In this document: one piece after another, positions 57,772-64,000 of the stretch
How positions within the stretch are numbered: position 1 is the first letter of the stretch
Layout: the number at the start of each line of letters is the position of its first letter
Source: an uncultured Gemmatimonadales bacterium
GTDB lineage: Bacteria > Gemmatimonadota > Gemmatimonadetes > Gemmatimonadales > GWC2-71-9
Assembly: GCA_963795085.1 (NCBI GenBank)
Contig: CAWCFX010000004.1
Location: 384,001 to 448,000, forward strand
Direction: 5' to 3'
Length of the DNA: 64,000 nucleotides
Notes under the pieces: model-generated
Seen by the model: the letters and a program-made list of their open reading frames with translations, nothing else
Databases searched by the model: none
What the model was told of the DNA's origin: nothing
Program-made: the position numbers and the translations under genes

Positions 57772-60321
57772 ATGAGCGAACGAATGACCCTTCCGGTGCT
57801 CCCGCTGCGCGAGGTGGTGCTGTTTCCCGGCGTCACCGCGCCGATCGGCGCCGGCCGGCCCGCGACGCTCCGCGCGATCGAGGCCGCCCTGGCGAGCCCG
57901 GACAAGCTGATATTCGCTGTTTCCCAGCGGCAAAACGTGGAGGTCGTGAATCCCGAGGTGCTCTATACCATCGGGACCGTGGCGCGGATTGGCCAGATGC
58001 AGCGCGGCCTGGCCGGCATGCAGCTCCTGATCCACGGCGAGAAGCGCGGCATCGCCATGCACTACAGCGACAAGGACGGCTACCTCCAGACCATCGTGCG
58101 GGAAGCCGAAGAGATGCCGCCGCTCAACCTGGAAGATCCTGCCTTCGTGGCCCTCTATCGCGAGGCCCGCAGCCGGGCCGGCGAGCTGGGCCAGAAATCC
58201 GGTCTCCCCGAAGAGGTGGTGCAGCAGGTCCTGGCCGGGGTCAACGAGCCCGGCAAGTTCGCCGACCTGATCGCCGGGTACATCGACATCACCCCCGCCC
58301 AGCGGCAGATGCTGCTGGAGACCCTCTCGGTCGAAGAGCGGCTCCGCCGGGTGCTGGTGCATGTGCAGCGGCAGATCAGCGTGCTGGACGCCCAGGAAGA
58401 CATCAAGTCGCAGGTCCAGGAAGAGCTGGGCGAGCGGCAGCGGGAGATGTTCCTCCGGGAGCAGCTCAAGACCATCCGGCGGGAACTGGGCGAGGACGAC
58501 GATCGCGACGACCTCGAGGAGCTCCGGACCAAGCTGAACGACCTGGAACTGCCGGAAGCGGCCCGGAAGGAAGTGGACCGCGAGATGGGCCGGCTCTCCC
58601 GGATCGGCCGCGAGTCCATGGAGTCGCAGGTCATCCGCACCTTCCTCGAGAACATCGCGGAACTGCCCTGGAGCACCCGGAGCGATGAGCACCTGTCGAT
58701 CCCCGAGGCCTCCCGCATCCTGGATGAGGATCACTACGCTCTCGGTGACGTGAAAGACCGGGTGCTGGAGTTCCTCTCGGTGCGCCAGCTGCGGATGCAG
58801 CAGCAGAAGGACGAAGACGAGAAGGCGGCCGCCGAGGAGGCGAAGGCGGAGCAGAAGGAGGCTGAAATTGCCGCCGGCGAATCGACCGACACGCCGATCG
58901 CCACGGCCACGGTGCCGGCGCCCAACAAGCCGATCCCCGGTAATGAAGATGACAAGGCGGCCCGGGGCCCTATCCTGCTCTTCGTCGGTCCCCCCGGTGT
59001 CGGCAAGACTTCGGTGGCCAAGTCCATCGCCCGCGCCATGGGCCGGAAGTACGTCCGCATCTCGCTGGGCGGTGCCCGCGACGAGGCCGATATCCGCGGC
59101 CACCGGCGTACCTACGTCGGCGCCATGCCCGGGCGGATCATCGCCGGCATGAAGCAGGCCGGCACCAAGAATCCCGTCTTCCTGCTGGACGAGGTGGACA
59201 AGCTGGGCGTCTCCTTCCAGGGCGATCCGGCCAGCGCGCTGCTCGAGGTACTGGACCCGGCCCAGAACGACTCGTTCACCGACCACTACCTCGGCGTCCC
59301 GTTCGACCTGAGTGAAGTGCTCTTCATCTGCACCGCGAATTTCATCCAGAACATTCCGGGTCCGCTGCTGGACCGGATGGAAAACGTGGAGTTCGCCGGC
59401 TATACCGAACGGGAGAAGCTGCACATCGCCCGGAACTACCTGGTCCCCCGCCAGTTCGCCGAGAACGGGGTCACCGCCGAGAACCTGGTGTTGACCGATG
59501 GGGCGATCAGCGAAGTGATCACGCGGTACACCCGCGAGGCTGGCGTCCGCCAGCTGGAGCGGGAACTGGGCAAGCTGGCCCGGAAGGTCGCCCGCAAGAT
59601 CGCCGCGAAGGAGCTGGAACGCATCGAGGTTGACCGGGAGCAGGTGGACGATCTCCTGGGCCGGCCCCGGGTCCATCCCGAGGTCGCCTCCCGCGAGGAC
59701 CAGGTGGGCGTCTCCACCGGGATGTACTACACCCCCACGGGCGGCGACATCATGTTCGTCGAGGCCAGCACCATGCGCGGCAAGGGTGAACTGGTGCTGA
59801 CTGGCCAGCTGGGCGAAGTCATGAAGGAATCCGCCCGGGCGGCGTGGACCTACGCGCGCTCCCACGCGGCTGGCCTGCACATCAAGGACGAGATGTTCGA
59901 CCGGGACGTGCATATCCACGTGCCCGCCGGCGCGATCCCCAAGGAGGGCCCGTCCGCCGGCGTCGCGATGGCCTCGGCCCTGGTATCCGCGTTGTCGGGC
60001 CGGCCGGTGCGCCATGATATCGCCATGACCGGCGAGATCACATTGCGCGGACGGGTGCTGCCCATCGGGGGAGTGAAGGAGAAAGTCCTGGGAGCGGTAC
60101 GCGCCGGGATCCACCGGGTGCTGATCCCGAAGGACAACGAGGCCGACCTGGAAGACCTCCCCCAGGAGGTCCTCGACAAGCTCGAGGTGCACCTGGTGCA
60201 GGAACTGGGCGAGGTGCTGGCCGTGACGCTCCGGGGCGCCTCGTTCAAGGAGGGCAAACTGCTCTTCGGCGACGAAAACCCGCGGGACGTGGCTCCCCTG
60301 TCCGTTGGGTTTCATCACTAG
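57772..60321 (+). CDS. lon: ATP-dependent Lon protease
   Basis: LPVLPLR, GPPGVGKTS, RGHRRTYVGAMPG, LLDEVDK, HIHVPAGAIPKEGPSAG, IGGVKEK. Confidence 0.97.
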   Translation: MSERMTLPVLPLREVVLFPGVTAPIGAGRPATLRAIEAALASPDKLIFAVSQRQNVEVVNPEVLYTIGTVARIGQMQRGLAGMQLLIHGEKRGIAMHYSDKDGYLQTIVREAEEMPPLNLEDPAFVALYREARSRAGELGQKSGLPEEVVQQVLAGVNEPGKFADLIAGYIDITPAQRQMLLETLSVEERLRRVLVHVQRQISVLDAQEDIKSQVQEELGERQREMFLREQLKTIRRELGEDDDRDDLEELRTKLNDLELPEAARKEVDREMGRLSRIGRESMESQVIRTFLENIAELPWSTRSDEHLSIPEASRILDEDHYALGDVKDRVLEFLSVRQLRMQQQKDEDEKAAAEEAKAEQKEAEIAAGESTDTPIATATVPAPNKPIPGNEDDKAARGPILLFVGPPGVGKTSVAKSIARAMGRKYVRISLGGARDEADIRGHRRTYVGAMPGRIIAGMKQAGTKNPVFLLDEVDKLGVSFQGDPASALLEVLDPAQNDSFTDHYLGVPFDLSEVLFICTANFIQNIPGPLLDRMENVEFAGYTEREKLHIARNYLVPRQFAENGVTAENLVLTDGAISEVITRYTREAGVRQLERELGKLARKVARKIAAKELERIEVDREQVDDLLGRPRVHPEVASREDQVGVSTGMYYTPTGGDIMFVEASTMRGKGELVLTGQLGEVMKESARAAWTYARSHAAGLHIKDEMFDRDVHIHVPAGAIPKEGPSAGVAMASALVSALSGRPVRHDIAMTGEITLRGRVLPIGGVKEKVLGAVRAGIHRVLIPKDNEADLEDLPQEVLDKLEVHLVQELGEVLAVTLRGASFKEGKLLFGDENPRDVAPLSVGFHH

Positions 60322-60468
60322 AACAGGACGGTAAGGCCGGGCGGTAGAACAGGGCGGTAGAACAGGGCGGTAGAACAGGGCGGTAGAACAGGGCGGTAAG
60401 AAGAGGGCGGTAAAGCCGCCCTTTTCTTACCGCCCCTTCTCTACCAGCCCTGTTTTCTTACCGCTCCC
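60319..60468. repeat. 13-bp tandem repeat TAGAACAGGGCGG (4 perfect plus degenerate copies) followed by inverted degenerate copies
   Basis: Perfect copies at 60345-60396; inverse-sense CTTACCGCCC / CTACCAGCCCTGTT at 60426-60468. Confidence 0.9.
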
Positions 60469-60777
60469 TTGCTGCCGCTTCTTCAATGTCATCTCCATGA
60501 ACCCGCTCCAGGCCGTGCCATCCCGGGACCATTCGCCGATCTCGTGCCGTTCGCCGTTGGGACGGTGGGTCACGATGTAGCGGACATGACCGCCCCGGGG
60601 GTGGGGAAAGCTCCAGGGTCGTGTTCCGGATCCGGTCGCCCAGGTCCCAGGCGCGGAGGTTCGGGGCGCAGGGGTGCTCATCGTAATGAATGCGGGAAGC
60701 CATCGGCGGGAAACGTAAGCAGTGGCTGGGAAGACGAAAAGCGGGGCCGAAGGCCCGGCCAGCGCGATGTCCCGCAC
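60427..60777 (-). pseudogene. Degenerate remnant of a secreted beta-barrel protein gene (DUF1579-like)
   Basis: Plausible C-terminus (HVRYIVT...HEIGEWSRDGTAWSGFMEMTLKK); the preceding protein-like segment (IHYDE...LRAW) lies in another frame. Confidence 0.45.
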
Positions 60778-60824
60778 TGGCCGACCTCCGGTCCCGCTTC
60801 CGTCGGACGAACTCCCTGTTCCGG

Positions 60825-62276
60825 CTAGTTCAGCCGGTTGCCCGCTGCGTCATGCGTCTGCTGCCAGCCGCGCGGGATGCCCGACACCCGGCCCATGGGA
60901 ACGATCGACGCCGGCAGGGGCAGCGTGTTGATCTTGGCCACGCCGGTCAGGACCTTGGTGTTGCTCAGGTCGTAGTACACCGCGAAATCATTGGGTCCCA
61001 GGATGATCTGCGACGAGCAGCCCATCCGTACGTCGGTCATGCCGGTGGTGACCTGGTGGGCCCGGAGCGAGGTGCCCGGCAGCGTATTGTAACCGCAGTC
61101 GATAAAGTCGCCCACGTTGGTCATCTGGGCGCCCATCTTGGTGAGGAAGTCGTTCTGCGCCGGGAACCCGCCGCCGTAGAAGCCGGAGTGTTCGCCGATG
61201 AAGATGATCCGGCCACCCTGGGAGGCGAACTGCTTCATGGCGTTGATCTCGGGGACCGAGTAGAACACCGTCGGCAGCCAGAGCACCAGCACCTTGACGG
61301 TGCCCGCGATGGTAGAGAGGTCTCCGCTGTTGTCAATCGTCATGCTGAGCCCCTCGCTCGCCACCTGGTTCGCGAACGTCGAGAAGCCGCCGCCACAGAA
61401 GGCGGCGCCACAGATGGACCCGTGGCCGCCATCCACCAGGACCTCGGTGCCGCTGGCCCGGGGGCCGGTGGCGGTATAGGTCAGCAGGTTGTGGAGCATG
61501 GTGACGTTGCTGGGATTGGTCATCGAGTTGTCATCCAGCATGTTGATATCGTTGTACACGATGACGTCTTCGCCCGCGGAGGGAATCGGGCTGATGGTCA
61601 TGGACGAGCAATCCTGGTTCGCCGGGTCGGCGGTGACCCGGGCGCAGACCTGGAAGGTCGCGGGACTGGGGACGCTACCGGGGGCGGTGTAGAACCCGGT
61701 GCCATCGATAGTGCCGTAGGTCGCATCGCCGCCGTCGGTGCCGTTGACCGACCAGGTGTAGGGGCCGGCCGCGCCGGAGACCACCCCGAACTGCTGCGTC
61801 CCGCCCGGCAACCGCTCGACCACATCGGGCTGGACGTCGATCGGATCGGGCGGCGGCGGGGTGGAGCTCCCGGTGATCCAGATGGTGACCCGGTGCTCCC
61901 GGCCGCCGCGCACCGCGACGGTCATGCTGTTGCTCGTCAGCAGTGTGACGGTAAAGGCGAGGGGCCCGCCTGCGCCAAGCAGGTCGTTATCGGCGACGAC
62001 CTGGGTCCCGTTCAGCCAGACCCGGGCGTAAGTGGCCGCGTTGCCGTCGTCTTCGATGTTGAAGGTGTAGTCGCCGGGAGTGGCGGGGAAGGTGACCGTG
62101 TTGTTTTCGACTGCGCGGCGGACGAACACGGCGGGCCCGTACACGCAATCGGTACAGGGTGAGGGCGGGGCGAGCAATAATTCCCCACCCTGGGTCTCCG
62201 GTCCGGTGGGCACGGACTCGCTGCATGCCGCCAGCATGACGGCGGCAGCCAGCATAAATCTGCTCAGACGCTTCAT
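60825..62276 (-). CDS. Large lipoprotein with Ig-like domains and a C-terminal GATase-like (DUF4350/ABC-auxiliary-like) domain
   Basis: GGAGG RBS, LAAC lipobox, TWSVNG...GTIDGTGFYTAP, VLVDGGH, AMKQFASQGGRIIFIGEH. Confidence 0.72.
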   Translation of the reverse strand: MKRLSRFMLAAAVMLAACSESVPTGPETQGGELLLAPPSPCTDCVYGPAVFVRRAVENNTVTFPATPGDYTFNIEDDGNAATYARVWLNGTQVVADNDLLGAGGPLAFTVTLLTSNSMTVAVRGGREHRVTIWITGSSTPPPPDPIDVQPDVVERLPGGTQQFGVVSGAAGPYTWSVNGTDGGDATYGTIDGTGFYTAPGSVPSPATFQVCARVTADPANQDCSSMTISPIPSAGEDVIVYNDINMLDDNSMTNPSNVTMLHNLLTYTATGPRASGTEVLVDGGHGSICGAAFCGGGFSTFANQVASEGLSMTIDNSGDLSTIAGTVKVLVLWLPTVFYSVPEINAMKQFASQGGRIIFIGEHSGFYGGGFPAQNDFLTKMGAQMTNVGDFIDCGYNTLPGTSLRAHQVTTGMTDVRMGCSSQIILGPNDFAVYYDLSNTKVLTGVAKINTLPLPASIVPMGRVSGIPRGWQQTHDAAGNRLN

Positions 62277-62804
62277 ACCCAACCTCCATGAAGGAAACCT
62301 GTCCGCCCCGGAGCCGCCTTCCAGGGGTAGAAGGCGGCAGCAGCGGACAACGATCAATCCGGAAGGCACCTCCACCCGGGAGGGCACGACCGGAAGGACA
62401 GTCTGACTTGTAGGATGATGAGACCGTTGATCCTATGGCACTGATGGGGCGGGTGCAAGAAACGGACTGTGCCGATGGTCTGGGTATCCGCGCAGAAATC
62501 TGACAGCCGGTGCGGGGAGTGCCGAGCGTACCCCGCCGCTCTCAGAAACGAGAGAGGCGCAAGGGCTTAGGCCAATCCACGCACGGCAGTCTGAACCCAC
62601 CGGTCCGATACAATAAGTTGACGACATCACCCATGTCACCGGCCCCCAGTCTGTTGTTTTGACTCCCCACCCCGTGAGGTACCCGCGCGGCAAGCGTTAT
62701 CAGGATTTGCCTGCAACCTTCATTCTTCTCCCCGGCCGGCGGCAAAAACTGCCGGAGAGCCACGTTGGACAGGGGATATGATGAAGATTTCCTCATCCGG
62801 GCAG

Positions 62805-64000
62805 TCATCCGCCCGCCGGGCGAATGACCACCTTGTGGCGGGCTCCGTCATCCACCAATCGAATGGCAGGTCCGTCAATCGCGCGGCCATCCACCGTGAT
62901 GGTTTTGGCGTTCGCCGTCAGGAGCCCAGGGTCCTGGACCAGGATCTCCCAGCGGCTCCCTCCGAACTGGTATTCAAGGCTGAACTCGGGCCACGAAGCC
63001 GGGACGCAGGGGCGCATCTCCAGCAGGTTCCCGCGCAAGGTGAATCCGAGGATCGCCTCCAACCCCACCCGGTACATCCAACTGGCGGAGCCGGTGTACC
63101 AGGTCCATCCTCCGCGCCCTACGTGGCCCCGCGCGGTGTACACGTCGGCCGCGACGACATAGGGCTCCACCTTGTACCGCTCCACGGCCTCCCGGGAATC
63201 ACCGTGAGTCAGCGGGTTGAGGAGCTGGAAAAGATCGAATGCCTGCCCGGTGTCTCCCTGGGTTGCCCGGGCCAACACCGCCCAGAGCGCGGCGTGGGTG
63301 TATTGCGCCCCGTTCTCCCGCACGCCCGGCAGGTATCCCTTGATGTATCCGGGGTCCTTGGTGGTCTTGTCGAACGGAGGCGTGAGCAACCGGACCAGCC
63401 GGGCCTCCCGGTCCACCAGGTGCGCTTCAAGCGACTGCATGGCCTGGACCTGGCGTTCAGGCTTGCCGGCCCCGGAGATGACGCTCCAGCTCTGGGCGAT
63501 CGAGTCGATGTTGCACTCGTTGCTCAGGTGGGAGCCAAGCGGGGACCCATCGTCGAAGTAAGCCCGCCGATACCACGCCCCGTCCCACGCTTCGGCCTCG
63601 ACCGCCGCCGTGTAGGCGTCCGCCTGGGCCCGCAGCCCGGCGGCCGTCGCGGCCTCGCCGCGAGCCTCTGCCCGCCCGGCGAAGTCGCGCAACACGGTGA
63701 CCAGGAACCAGGCGAGCCACACGCTCTCGCCCTTTCCTTCGATCCCGACCCGGTTCATTCCGTCATTCCAGTCGCCGATGCCGATCAGCGGCAGCCCGTG
63801 CACCCCGGCGGTGGCGCCCCGGCGGATCGCGCGGAGACAGTGCTCGAACAGGGTACCCGTTTCGCCGGATGCCGAGGGGAGGTCGTAGACTTCGTGTTCG
63901 TGGGGTTCCAGTTCCCGCATCGCGAGGAAGGAGATGGATTCGTCGAGGATCGCATCGTCTCCCGTCACCCGGATATACTGGTCCACCACATAGGGGAGCC
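62805..64000 (-). CDS. GH94 glycoside phosphorylase domain, C-terminal part (cyclic beta-1,2-glucan synthase / cellobiose phosphorylase-like; starts beyond the window)
   Basis: GDWNDGMN, GESVWL, WDGAWYRRAYFDDG, IDSIAQSW, ENGAQYTH, EPYVVAAD, GWTWYTGSA. Confidence 0.92.
   Translation of the reverse strand, partial: LPYVVDQYIRVTGDDAILDESISFLAMRELEPHEHEVYDLPSASGETGTLFEHCLRAIRRGATAGVHGLPLIGIGDWNDGMNRVGIEGKGESVWLAWFLVTVLRDFAGRAEARGEAATAAGLRAQADAYTAAVEAEAWDGAWYRRAYFDDGSPLGSHLSNECNIDSIAQSWSVISGAGKPERQVQAMQSLEAHLVDREARLVRLLTPPFDKTTKDPGYIKGYLPGVRENGAQYTHAALWAVLARATQGDTGQAFDLFQLLNPLTHGDSREAVERYKVEPYVVAADVYTARGHVGRGGWTWYTGSASWMYRVGLEAILGFTLRGNLLEMRPCVPASWPEFSLEYQFGGSRWEILVQDPGLLTANAKTITVDGRAIDGPAIRLVDDGARHKVVIRPAGG

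Noticed and set aside
57721..60318. Long antisense ORFs (865 aa here; also 6396-8975, 1375-3129, 23417-25528, 27678-29555)
   Set aside because: Codon-register shadows of GC-rich genes with clear motifs on the opposite strand.

Overview
GC-rich bacterial chromosomal window. The gene content (several Hanks-type Ser/Thr kinases with TPR or TM modules, many secreted peptidases, a fused E1 alpha/beta, an ECF-DUF4097 cassette) suggests Gemmatimonadota, which is an inference. No rRNA, tRNA, CRISPR array, integrase or transposase was seen. Main blocks in order: 5' part of glpD; fadI-fadJ; a divergent short Rho followed by a type IB topoisomerase; a tightly coupled TopIB - unknown protein - LigD-type polymerase - LigC ligase operon with no Ku; an ECF sigma / zinc anti-sigma / two DUF4097 cassette; an ergothioneine locus (type I egtB, an in-frame EgtD-EgtA fusion, and a divergent msrB plus betaine-type ABC importer); proline dehydrogenase and rsgA; an amidohydrolase, a TPR protein and an S41 protease; a fused 2-oxoacid dehydrogenase E1; two tandem secreted M55 peptidases; a promoter - small ORF - terminator unit before a HAD hydrolase; lon; and the 3' end of a GH94 gene. 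Many intergenic spacers carry 7-13 bp tandem or inverted repeats. The best candidates for new biology are the EgtD-EgtA fusion locus and the TopIB/Prim-Pol/LigC/Rho DNA-maintenance neighbourhood. All calls come from reading motifs by eye; no database search or folding was run.
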